DNA from: Phyllobates terribilis
Taxonomy: Eukaryota
Assembly (NCBI RefSeq): GCF_046119375.1
Contig: NW_027362768.1
Location: 32,240,001 to 32,304,000, forward strand
Direction: 5' to 3'
Length of the DNA: 64,000 nucleotides
Numbering within the stretch: position 1 is the first letter of the stretch; every line of letters starts with the position of its first letter. Positions 50,101-61,899 of the stretch are shown piece by piece. Under the pieces are notes generated by a model. That model was not told the DNA's origin. It made no database searches and was given only the letters and a program-made list of their open reading frames with translations. The translations under genes were made by a program, and so were the position numbers.

Positions 50101-53100
50101 ACTCTTCCATGGGGCATTAAAACTGTGTTGTTAAGCTACTGCGACCTCCACCACTCTTCCAATGGGCATTGACATTGTCTATTTATTCCACTGTGCCCTC
50201 CACGTCTCTTCCAAGGGGCATTAAAACCATGTTGTTAAGCTACTGTGACCTCCACGTTTCTTCCAAGGGGCATTAAAACCTTCTTGTTAAGCTACTTCGA
50301 ACTCCACCACTCTTCCAAGGGGCATTTATATTGTCTTTTTATTCTACTGTGACATGCACATCTCTTCCAAGGGGCATTAAAACCATCTTGTTAAGCTACT
50401 GTTACCTCCATGTTTCTTCCAACGGGCATTAAAACTGTCTTGTTAAGCTACTGCAACCTCCACCACCCTTCCAAGGGGCATTAAAACCGTCTTGTTAAGC
50501 TACTGCGACCTCCACTACTCTTCCAAGGGGCATTGATATTGTCTTTTTATTCCACTGTGACCTCCACGTCTTTTCCAAGGGGCACTAAAACCGTCTTGTT
50601 AAGCTACTTCGACCTCCACCACTCTTCCAAGGGGCAATAAAACTGTCTTGTTAAGCTACTACGACCTCCACGTCTCTTCCAAGGGGCATTAAAACCGTCT
50701 TGTTAAGCTACTGCGACCTCCACCACTCTTCCAAGGGGCATTGATATTGTCTTTTTATTCCACTGTGACCTCCACGTCTCTTCCAAGGGACATTAAAACC
50801 ATCTTGTTAAGCTACTGTGACCTCCACCACTCTTCCAAGGGGCAATAAAACTGTCTTGTTAAGCTACTGCGACCTCCACCACTCTTCCAAGGGTCAGTGA
50901 TATTGTCTTTTTATTCCACTGTGACCTCCTCGTCTCTTCCAAGGGGCATTAAAACCGTCTTGTTAACCTACTGCGACCTCAACCACTCTTCCAAGTGGCA
51001 TCGATATTGTTTTTTATTCCACTGTTACCTCCACGTCTTCCTCCAAGGGGCATTAAAACCATCGTGTTAAGCTACTGTGACCTCCACGTCTTTGCCAGGG
51101 GGGATTTATATTGTCTTTTTATTCCACTGTAACCTCCACCACTCTTCCAAGGGGCATTAAAACCATCTTGTTAAGCTACTGTTACCTCCATGTTTCTTCC
51201 AAGGGGCATTAAAACCGTCTTGTTTAGCTACTGCAACCTCCACCACTCTTCCAAGTGGCATTAAAACCATCTTTTTAACCTACTGCGACCTCCACCACTC
51301 ATCCAAGGGGCATTGATATTCTCTTTTTATTCCATTGTGACCTCCACGTCTCTTCCAAGGGGCATTAAAACCGTCTTGTTAAGCTACTTCGACATCCACC
51401 ACTCGTCCAAGGGGCATTAAAACCGTCTTGTTAAGCTACTACGACCTCCACCACTCTATTAAGGGGCATTAAAACCGTCTTACTAAGCTACTGCGACCTC
51501 CATCACTCTTCCAAGGGGCAATAAAACTGTCTTGTTAAGCTACTGCGACCTCCACCACTCTGCCAAGGGTCATTGATATTGTCTTTTTATTCCACTGTGA
51601 CCTCCTCGTCTCTTCCAAGGGGCATTAAAACCATATTCTCCAGCTACTGCGACCTCCACCACTCCTCTAAGGGGCATTAAAACCGTCTTGTTAAGCTACT
51701 GCGACCTCCAGCACTCATCCAAGGGGCATTGACATTGTCTATTTATTACACTGTGCCCTCCACGTCTCTTTCTAGGGGCATTAAAATCATGTTGTTAAGC
51801 TACTGTGACCTCCACGTTTCTTCCAAGGGGCTTTAAAACCTTCTTGTTAAGCTACTTCGAACTCCACCACTCTTCCAAGGGGCATTTATCTTGTCTTTTT
51901 ATTCTACTGTGACATGCACATCTCTTACAAGGGGCATTAAAACCATCTTTTTAAGCTACTGTTACCTCCATGTTTCTTCCAAGGGGCATTAAAACTGTCT
52001 TGTTAAGCTACTGCGACCTCCACCACTCTTCCAAGGGGCATTAAAACCGTCTTGTTAAGCTACTGCGACCTCCACTACTCTTCCAAGGGGCATTGATATT
52101 GTCTTTTTATTCCACTGTGACCTCCACGTCTTTTCCAAGGGGCACTAAAACCGTCTTGTTAAGCTACTGCGACCTCCAACACTCTTCCAAGGGGCAATAA
52201 AACTGTCTTGTTAAGCTACTACGACCTCCACGTCTCTTCCAAGGGGCATTAAAACCGTCTTGTTAAGCTACTGCGACCTCCACCACTCTTCCAAGGGGCA
52301 TTGATATTGTCTTTTATTCCACTGTGACCTCCACGTCTCTTTCACGGGACATTAAAACCATCTTTGTTAAGCTACTGTGACCTCCACCACTCTTCCAAGG
52401 GGCAATAAAACTGTCTTGTTAAGCTACTGCGACCTCCACCACTCTTCCAAGGGTCAGTGATATTGTCTTTTTATTCCACTGTGACCTCCTCGTCTCTTCC
52501 AAGGGGCATTAAAACCGTCTTGTTAACCTACTGCGACCTCAACCACTCTTCCAAGTGGCATCGATATTGTTTTTTTATTCCACTGTTACCTCCACGTCTT
52601 CCTCCAAGGGGCATTAAAACCATCGTGTTAAGATACTGTGACCTCCACATCTTTGCCAGGGGGGATTTATATTGTCTTTTTATTCCACTGTAACCTCCAC
52701 CACTCTTCCAAGGGGCATTAAAACCATCTTGTTAAGCTACTGTTACCTCCATGTTTCTTCCAAGGGGCATTAAAACCGTCTTGTTTAGCTACTGCAACCT
52801 CCACCACTCTTCCAAGTGGCATTAAAACCATCTTTTTAAGCTACTGCGACCTCCACCACTCATCCAAGGGGCATTGATATTGTCTTTTTATTCCATTGTG
52901 ACCTCCACGTCTCTTCCAAGGGGCATTAAAACAGTCTTGTTAAGCTACTTCTACCTCCACCACTCGTCCAAGGGGCATTAAAACCGTCTTGTTAAGCTAC
53001 TATGACCTCCACCACTCTTTTAAGGTGCATTAAAACCATCTTGTTAAGCTACTACGACCTCCACCACTCTTCTAAGGGGCATTAAAACCATCTTGTTAAG

Positions 53101-53650
53101 CTACTGCGACCTCCACAACTCTTCCAAGGGGCATTGATATTGTCTTTTTAATCCACTGTGACCTCCACGTCTCTTCCAAGGGGCATTAAAACCGTCTTGC
53201 TAAGCTACTGCGACCTCCACCAGTCTTCCAAGGGGCATTAAAACCGTCTTGTTAAGCTACTGCGACCTCCACCACTCTTCCAAGGGGCATTGATACTGTC
53301 TTTTTATTCCACTGTGACCTCCACGTCTCCTCCACGGGGCATTAAAACCGTCTTGTTAAGCTACTGTGACCTCAACCTGTCTTCCAAGGGGCATCGATAT
53401 TGTCTTTTTATTCCACTGTGACCTCCACGTCTCCCTCCAAGGGGCATTAAAACCATCTTGTTAAGCTACTTTGACCTCCACGTCTCTTCCAAGGGGCATT
53501 AAAATCATCTTGTTAAACCACTCTTACCTCCACGTCTCTTCCAAGGGGCATTAAAATCATCTTGTTGAACCACTCTGAACTCCACAGCTCTTCCAAGGGT
53601 CAATGAAATGTTGTTTTTAATTAACTCTAACCTCCATGACTCTTCCAACG
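47160..53650. repeat. 52-bp satellite (~125 copies, two monomer types, 1,560-bp higher-order duplication)
   Basis: Type A CTACTGCGACCTCCACCACTCTTCCAAGGGGCATTAAAACCGTCTTGTTAAG; type B has GATATTGTCTTTTTATTCCACTG. Confidence 0.97.
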
Positions 53651-55805
53651 GGCATTGCATTTCCTCCTAATTTTAGTCAGCTTTTGCTTTTCAATGCATA
53701 GGCGAACACTAAGGGAGACCCACTCCCCAATAATGGGTAGAAGGTTTTTAGTACATTGTAATCCACGTCTGTTTCAAGGGGCATTGCAGTTCCTCATAAT
53801 TTTTGGAAAGCCTTCCATTCACTGCTTAGGCCAACAGTGTACAGGAGACCCAGTTGCTATAAATGGAAAAAACGGTTTAGTTAAGGCCCTCTGACCTCCA
53901 TGTCACTTCCAAGGGGCATTGGAGTGCCTCAAAATTTTTGGTAGGCATTGCACTCACTGTATGCCCTATAACTGTGTAGCCGAACCACTTCTTTTGGTAC
54001 AGAAACATATCCTACAATACATGTGTTGTTGACTGGCCTGATATTGATGTGAATGGTCCCTGTTCCTCCTGCTCTTTCTCCTTTGCCACCACCTCATCCA
54101 TCATTCATCACCTGAAGCTTTGTTTTAACGGGAGTCATAGAACTGGGATAGTAGCAGGAAAACATCCAGCAATCCTCGGAGGAGGTAGGATATGCGCCAA
54201 AACGCTGACCACCTCAGGCCTTGCTGCTATTACATACATGCGCTTGCATTCCAAGGAACAGAAATCTAAGGAGATGGATGGCCTCATGATCGTGAATAAT
54301 TTACTCGTTGTGTAGGAGGCTGACCACTGCTGCTGTCTACCTTCTGAACTTTGTGTTGAAGCCTGATTGACCCAGGACCCGCAATCCTCTATGTCTGGAG
54401 GACGTGTTGCATCCCAGTGTCCAACTGTGTCCTAGCTTCCACAATATTAACCAAGTGTGAAGGCGTCAGTGAGATGGACCATCCCTGGCCACATTCACTT
54501 GTCCACGTGTTTGTGGTTAGGCTGTCTTTCAAACATTTTTTTGCTCTGAACAAACTGAATGCATACAGCTGAATTTCACTGCCGCAAAATGACAAGCTGA
54601 AATATGGCATGCTGTATCACATTATTAACAAAAAAAAATAGATTTATTTACTCTGGACGAGCTCTGCATACAGCTGAATTTCACCGCCACAAAATGACAA
54701 GCGGAGATGGGGCATGCTGTATCACGTTTTAAGAGGAAAAATTAGATTTGTAAAAGTGTACTTGTGCATGGAGCACAATAGAAGCAGTGCACAACAGAGT
54801 TCTATGCTGAAATGTGCCCTGCTGTCTTTGAACCTCACTAATGGCACAAACAAAAAAATCTGCTGGAATGTCGATATCCCAGTCACTTAGGACCCTATTT
54901 ATGTAACTTATCTGACTTAGTAGAAACCGCCTAGCTAACTATCTAAAATCGCTCAGTATCCAGAAGCAGCGCCAGGAGCTGCCTCTCTAACCTGTTATAA
55001 TCACAGAATGGCGCTGAAACAACATGTCCGCTCTTTATATAGAGAACAAGCAATTTCAGCAGCCAACGGCACAAGCCCTTGTGTCTGGACATTGTGGATG
55101 TTTCCTGCACCCTGATTGGCTAGCCACAAAAAGTTATGAAAAGAAAAGTAAAAAAGAAAATTAGATTACAAGCACACCGCTCCTCTGACCTTTCCCAATC
55201 ACCTTCCCTCATCAAACATGTCCTCCCCCACTCATCATACAGCACCACTATAGTAGCCAAAGTGATAAAAATACTGTAGTGGAAATGTGATAATTTCCCG
55301 CACTTTTACCGAATTTTTGACAATTTTAAATAAAAGCGCTCAGGTGTCCGATCATGAACCCGAATGTGCAATATTCAAGTCGAATTTGAAATTGGAAATC
55401 GTTTTATCAACATACTTGCTCATCTCTAATCTTGATGACCATAAAAGTCCAATCTATCAAAATTTAAAACTAATTAATTCGATCTGCCTGAATGGTATCA
55501 CTGCAATTGTACGGACCTGAAGAAACATATTGTGCTATTTTTGTAATGTTGATACACTTGGAATTTATTTTCCCCTTTACAAGTACATCACATGACAAGA
55601 TATATTGTATCATTCAAAAGTAGAACTAATCCCAAGAAATAGAAGCCTCATATGGCTATATCACTGGAAAATAAGGGAATCTGCACATGACAACTTTTAA
55701 ATGCATGGAAAGCCGCCAAGTTTTTTCAGCAGAATACGCTTCAGGATGGATATTCTTGCTTTTTTTATTTCTTGTTTTGTGTTTTTTCTGTCTTTACATG
55801 AACAT

Positions 55806-58800
55806 TAGTGTTAAGCGAGCACTAAAATGCTCGGGTGCTCGAAGCTCGGGCCGAGCTCACCGTGATACTCGGGTGCTCGACCCGAGCAATGAGCTCAATG
55901 TTAGTCTATGGGAGACCCGAGCATTTTTGCGGCGGCACCCCCGGCAGTCTGTAGAAAGCCTAAAAAGTGCCCAAAACAATAGTGACAGTGCTCAAATGAC
56001 ATGGGGACAGCATGGGGATCGCCCTAGGAAGCATTTCTGACCCGAAGGTCACTGCTGTAAACAACGTGGTCAGAGGCATTAAGCCACTTTTACGGGCTCA
56101 CAATTAAACGTTCAAAAACAAAACTGAAACTGCTTTCCTGTGAAATATGTTAAAGAACATCCTTTCCAGGGTAAAGACTTGTGTATAAGGTAAAATAAAT
56201 AACTGAAAACAAAGATACTCCTCCACACCTTGGCCTATGTTCACAAGTAGCATTTCTTATGCGTTTTTGCAGTTTTGTATTGCTTTCAACCGTGACAAAT
56301 GAATTCACCGGGAAATGTCATTTTAACATTTTACAATGTTATCTGGCCATGTGCTGTGTGACACATGCATACAGTGCTGAAAAGACATGGGAACAGCATG
56401 GGGAAGACCCCTAGAAGAATCTCTGACACCCAGGTCACTGCCTAAAAGTGTGCCCATCAGAAGTCATCCTTGCCGCATCAGAAGATGCAGACTTGCAACT
56501 ATCCCCATGCAAGTTCTTGTCCCAGGGCACTGTTCAATTGTACCTCCCCCATTCCTTGCAATGCAAGCGCAAATATACAGCCAACCACCCACCCACCCAA
56601 GGCTACAATACCATACTGCTTTCTTGCACTTGAAATTGGGCCTTTTAGGCATGTGGAGGCGGAATCTGGCCACCATGTCATGGCTGCGTTGGCGGCCTGG
56701 TATCCATACTCGGTCCCCAGCCGCCTCGCGGCCGGGTGTCCGCACTCAGTCCCCAGCTGCCTCTCGGCCGGGTGTCCACACTCAGTCCCCAGCCGCCAGG
56801 GGGCGGCCAGGTGTCCATACTAGGTCCCCAGCCGCCCCGCGGCTGGGTGTCCACACATGGTCCCCAGCCACCTCGGGGCAGCCGGGTGTCCATAAACGGT
56901 CCGCAGCCGCACCTATTTCTCCTTGGAACATCCCCCACACACTTTTCTTAGCCCGGCCTGCTTTAGGGCAGCATTGGACAAGCCCACCAGAGAACCAGCC
57001 TCCTCCGGTGGGCCCTGGCTTCTCCATCAGGGGAGTTGAGAGTGCCATGGTGAGGACCATGATGATGATGATGATAGAAGTTAGCATCTGCTTTGTTTTC
57101 TTGGAATGCAAGTGCATGTATGAAGTAGCGGCTAGGCCTGAGTTGGTCAGCGTTTTGGCGCATATCCTACCTCCTCCGAGGATTGCTGGATGTTTTCCTG
57201 CTACTATCCCAGTTCTATGACTCCTGTTAAAACAAAGCTTCAGGTGATAAATGATGGATGAGGTAGTGGCAAAGGAGAAAGAGCAGGAGGAACAGGGACC
57301 ATTCACATCAATATCAGGCCTGTCAACCACATATGTCTTGTAGGATATATTTCTGTAACAAAAGGAGCGGTTCGGCTACACAGTTATAGGGCATACAGTG
57401 AGTGCAATGCCTACCAAAAATTTTGAGGCACTCCAATGCCCCTTGGAAATGACATGGAGGTCAGAGGACCTTAGCTAAACCGTTTTTTCCATTTATAGCA
57501 ACTGGGTCTCCTGTACACTGTTGGCCTAAGCAGTGAATGGAAGGCTTTCCAAAAATTATGAGGAACTGCAATGCCCCTTGAAACAGACGTGGATTACAGC
57601 GTACTAAAAACCTTCAACCCATTATTGGGGAGTGGGTCTCCCTTAGTTTTCGCCTTTTCATTGAAAAGCAAAAGCTGACTAAAATTAGGAGGAAATTCAA
57701 TGCCCGATGGAAGAGTCAAGGAGGTCAGAGGTAATTAAAAACAACATTTCAATGCCCCTTGGAAGAGCTGTGGAGTTCAGAGTGGCTTAAGAAGACACTT
57801 TTAATGGCCCTTTGAACAGACGTGGAGGTCACAGTAGCTTAACAAGACGGTTTTAATGCCCCTCTGAAAAGACGTGGAGGTTCCAATAGCTTAACAAGAC
57901 GGTTTGAATGCCCCTTGGAAGAGACGTGGAGGTCACAGTAGCTTAACAAGACGGTTTTAATGCCACTCGGAAAAGTGGTGGAGTTCGCAGTAGCTTAGCA
58001 AGACGGTTTTAATGCCCCTTACAAGAGCCATACAGTACAGCATATTACAAACATTATTCCCATTATTGGGGAGTGGGTCTCCCATAGACTTTGCTTATGC
58101 CTTCCAAGTAAAAGCTGCCAAAAATTAGGATGGAGGAACTTGCAATGCCCCTTACAAGAGCTATGCAGTACAGCAGATTACAAACATTATTCCCATGATT
58201 GGGTAGTGTGTCTCCCATAGTATTTGCTTATGCCTTCCAAGCAAAAGCTGCCAAAAATTAGGATGGAGGAACTTGCAATGCCCCTTACAAGAGCCATGCA
58301 GTACAGCATATTAGAAACATTATTCCCATGATTGGGGAGTGGGTCTCCCATAGTATTTGCTTATGCCTTCCAAGCAAAAGCTGCCAAAAATTAGGACGGA
58401 GGAACTTACAATGCCCCTTACAAGAGCCATACAGTACAGCATCTTAAAAAATACTATTCCCATTATTGGGGAGTGGGTCTTCCACAGTCTTTGCTCATGC
58501 CTTCCAAGCAAAAGCTGACAAAAATAAGGACGGAGGAACTTTCAGTAATGGCAACACGGACCACGGTCACCCTGGTGGTATAGTGGTTGTGGAGGCTGAG
58601 GTTAAGGAGAAGAACATAAAGCGTAGAGGAAGCGTATACCCATGTGTGGGTGTGAAGCGGTGCATGTGAATACACCTCCCGAAAAAACATAGTGGATTTG
58701 ACTTTGTGTTACTCTGCTGTCATTTGGTGGCGATGAGAAGTCTGGCCCAATCCAGCCCTTGTTCATTTTGATAAGGGTCAGCTTGTCAGCATTATCAGTT

Positions 58801-60719
58801 GACAGGCGAGTGTGCTTATCAGTTTTAATTCCCCCAGCGGCACTAAAAACACGCTCCGATAACACGCTAGCAGCAGGGCAGGCCAGGACCTCCAAGGCGT
58901 AAAGAGCGAGTTCATTCCAAGTGTCCAGCTTGGATACCCAATAATTAAAAGGCACAGAGGAATCACGGAGGACGCTGGTACGGTCGGCAAGGTACTCCCT
59001 CACCATCTTTTGAAACTTTCCACTCCTTGTGAGAGTACCCTGCGCCTCATGGCCTGTAAGCTGGGCGGGTCTCAGAAAACTGTCCCAGAATGTTGACAGT
59101 GTTCCACTGCCTTTGCTGGATTGGAGTTGCCTCTCTCTCGCTTGTACGCCTTGGATGGTCAACGAACTGTGACCTCTGCCGCTAGTGTGTTCAGATGGGA
59201 ACTTTTTAACAGTTCTGCAGCAAGGGCCTTCTGGTACTGCCCCATTTTTGTAGACCTTTCCACCTCAGGAATAAGAGAGTGAAAGTTCTACTTGTAGCGG
59301 GGGTCTAAAAGTGTCACCAACCAGTAATGACTGTCACCCAACATTTTGACAATGCGAGGGTCATGGTTAAGGCAGCGTAACATAAAGTCAGCCATGCGTG
59401 CCAGACTGGTAACGGGAAAGACTTCCGTGTCCTCACCAAGATGACGACTGACCATGCTCTCCTCCTCCTCCTCCTCCCCCCTGTCCTCAGGCCACCCACA
59501 CTGAACCGACGGTATGACAGTTGTACAGGTACTACCGTCTACAGCGCATGATACAAGCTCCTGTTCTTTCTCCTCCTTCTCCTCCTCCTCCTCTCCCTCA
59601 TTGTCCCCCAATGCACGTTGGGATGAGATGAGGCTGGGCTGTTTGTAATCGACCGCTACGGCTTCTTGATCCATCTCATCATACTCAGGCTGCAATGCCT
59701 CCTCTTTAATTCTCTGCAGAGAGCGTTGCAAAAGACAGACAAGTGGAATGCTGACGCTAATGATGGCGCCATTGCCACTCACCATCTGGGTGGACTCCTC
59801 AAAGTTTGTCAAGATGGTACAGATGTCAGACATCCAGGTCCACTCCTGAGGTCTTACGTATGGAGTCTGATCTGAATATCGACGGCCTTGTTGCAGCTGG
59901 TACTCCACAACTGCTCTCTTCTGCTCACAAATCCTTTGCAACATGTGGAGGGTAGAGTTACAACGTGTGGGGACATCACACACCAGTCGGTGTGACGGAA
60001 GCTGCAAACGCTGCTGCAACACAGCAAGGGCGGCGGAAGCTGTAGCCGACTTGCGAAAATGAGCTGACATGCGGCGTACTTTGATGAGCAGATCTGGCAA
60101 CTCGGGGTATGATTTAAGAAACCACTGAACCACGAGGTTAAGCACATGAGCCAGGCATGGTACGTGTGTGATCTCGCCTTGCCTCAGAGCCGCCACGAGA
60201 ATGCCAAGAGTGTGCAAAACAGTCATTAAAGCAAAAGGTGGCTACTTTGAAGAGCCTAGAATATAAGACATATTTTCAGTTGTTTCACACTTTTTTGTTA
60301 AGTATATAATTCCACATGTGTTAATTCATAGTTTTGATGCCTTCAGTGTGAATGTACAATTTTCATAGTCTTGAAAATACAGAAAAATCTTTAAATAAGA
60401 AGGTGCGTGCAAACTTTTGGTCTGTACTGTATCTCTCCCTAAATCAGCAGCGCTGTCCCTACACTGTCTGATCTGGAGTGACTGTGTCCAAGATGGCGGC
60501 GCCCGGTTTTAAATACTCGAGGTGACGCTGTGCGGCCAGCCAATCATTGTAATGCCCACAAACAACATGTCTGCGGCATTACAGTGACTGGCTGGCAATC
60601 CCTGCATGTTCATTGGCTCTGTAAAGAGCGCCAAACATGCAGGGCGGAGACCCGAGCTCCCGCCCGAGTAACCCGGAAATGCTCGGTGCTCGCCGAGCAT
60701 CCCGAGTCGCTCAACACTA
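55806..60719 (-). mobile_element. hAT-4, same subfamily as hAT-2, opposite orientation, large 5' deletion
   Basis: TIR-like TAGTGTTAAGCGAGC at 55806 and CGCTCAACACTA ending 60719; transposase remnant ~58690-60200 (ORFs 59288-60226, 58602-59162); no matching TSD. Confidence 0.78.
60200..60428 (+). mobile_element. Tc1 3' end fragment with terminal TIR and TA
   Basis: RMPRVCKTVIKAKGGYFEE C-terminus; CAAACTTTTGGTCTGTACTG followed by TA. Confidence 0.8.
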
Positions 60720-61830
60720 AAAATTAGTTCTTCTGTTAGTAATGTGATACAGTAAGGGAGATCTCAGTATGAAATTGTTTGGAGCATATATTCTATTTCA
60801 TACAGGCCTGATCCACAGTAAAAAAAAATATTTATTCTGTTAGTATGCGATGATACAGAAGGGGAGATGTCAGTTTGAAATTGTTTGGAGCATATATTCT
60901 ATTGTATACAGGTCTTATCCACAGTAAAAAAAATAAATTCTTCTGTTAGTAATGTGATACAGCAGGCCAGATGTCAGTTTGAAACTGTTCGGATCGTAAA
61001 TTCTAGTCTATACAGGCCTCATCTACAGTAAAAAAATAATAATTTCTTCTGTTAATAAAGTGATACAATAGGCCAAATGTCCGTTTGAAATTATTTGGAG
61101 CATGTATTCTATTGTATACAGGCCTCATCCACAGTAAACTAAATAATTTATTATTTTAATAAAGTGATACAGTAGGGGAGATCTCAGTTTGAAATTGTTT
61201 GGAGTATATATTCTATTGTATGCAGGCCTCATCAACTGTCACAAATAATTTGGGGATTCATGGCAGCTCTGGGTATGCTATAATTTAAATGTAGTTTTTT
61301 CCTTTTGGTCCAGCAAGGGTTAATTTTAGTCTCTTGCTGGCAGCCTTTTAAAGATGGTCAGCTGATGTTGGATGGTGGCACTCCCACCTTCTTTTAAATA
61401 TCCACATTTTCCATCAGCTGACTGCTGATTATAGTTCATTCTATGCCAACCTCTTTGAAGTAGCCAGTCTCTGGAGAAGCTGTAGTGTTCATTGCAGTTG
61501 CAGCAGTGAAGTTTCCTGTTGGAAAGCTAAGTGTATTTTATGTTGTTATCTCCCATTGTTTGTCTGTATACAATAGAATATATGCTCCAAATATTACTTG
61601 GAAATTGTTTGGAGCATATATTCTATTGTATACAGGCCTCATCCGCAGTAAAAAAAAATTAGTTCTTCTGTTAGCATGTGATACAGCAGGGGAGATGTCA
61701 GTTTCAAATTGTTTAAAGCATGTATTTTTTTGTATACAGGCCTCATCCACAGAAAAAATTATTATTCTGTTAGTAATGTGATACAGTAGGGGAGATCTCA
61801 GTTTGAAATTGTTTGGAGCATATACTCTAC
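60720..61830. repeat. ~115-bp tandem repeat interrupted by a unique ~320-bp segment
   Basis: GAAATTGTTTGGAGCATATATTCTATTGTATACAGGCCTCATCCACAGT repeated. Confidence 0.85.
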
Positions 61831-61899
61831 TAGCTATTGAACCCGTTCTATGCCCCAGTGGCGAGCATTTTTATTGGCATGTGTCCTGCCACTTATCCC

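Larger units (their letters stand above)
28088..55428 (+). mobile_element. hAT-2: footprint inflated to ~27 kb by nested insertions and satellite growth
   Basis: Left TIR TAGTGTTAAGCGAGC at 28088; transposase continuous across insertions (29768-32075, 33121-33145, 46480-46876); TIR-like CTTGCTCATCTCTA ending 55428. Flanking 8-mers do not match, so pairing of the two ends is unconfirmed. Confidence 0.7.

Noticed and set aside
47160-53650. CRISPR-like look (constant CTTCCAAGGGGCATT plus variable part)
   Set aside because: Intervening sequences are recurring monomer variants, not unique spacers; vertebrate context; no cas genes
56387-57220. 277-aa ORF with Pro/Arg repeats
   Set aside because: Runs through a 32-bp tandem and captured transposase scraps
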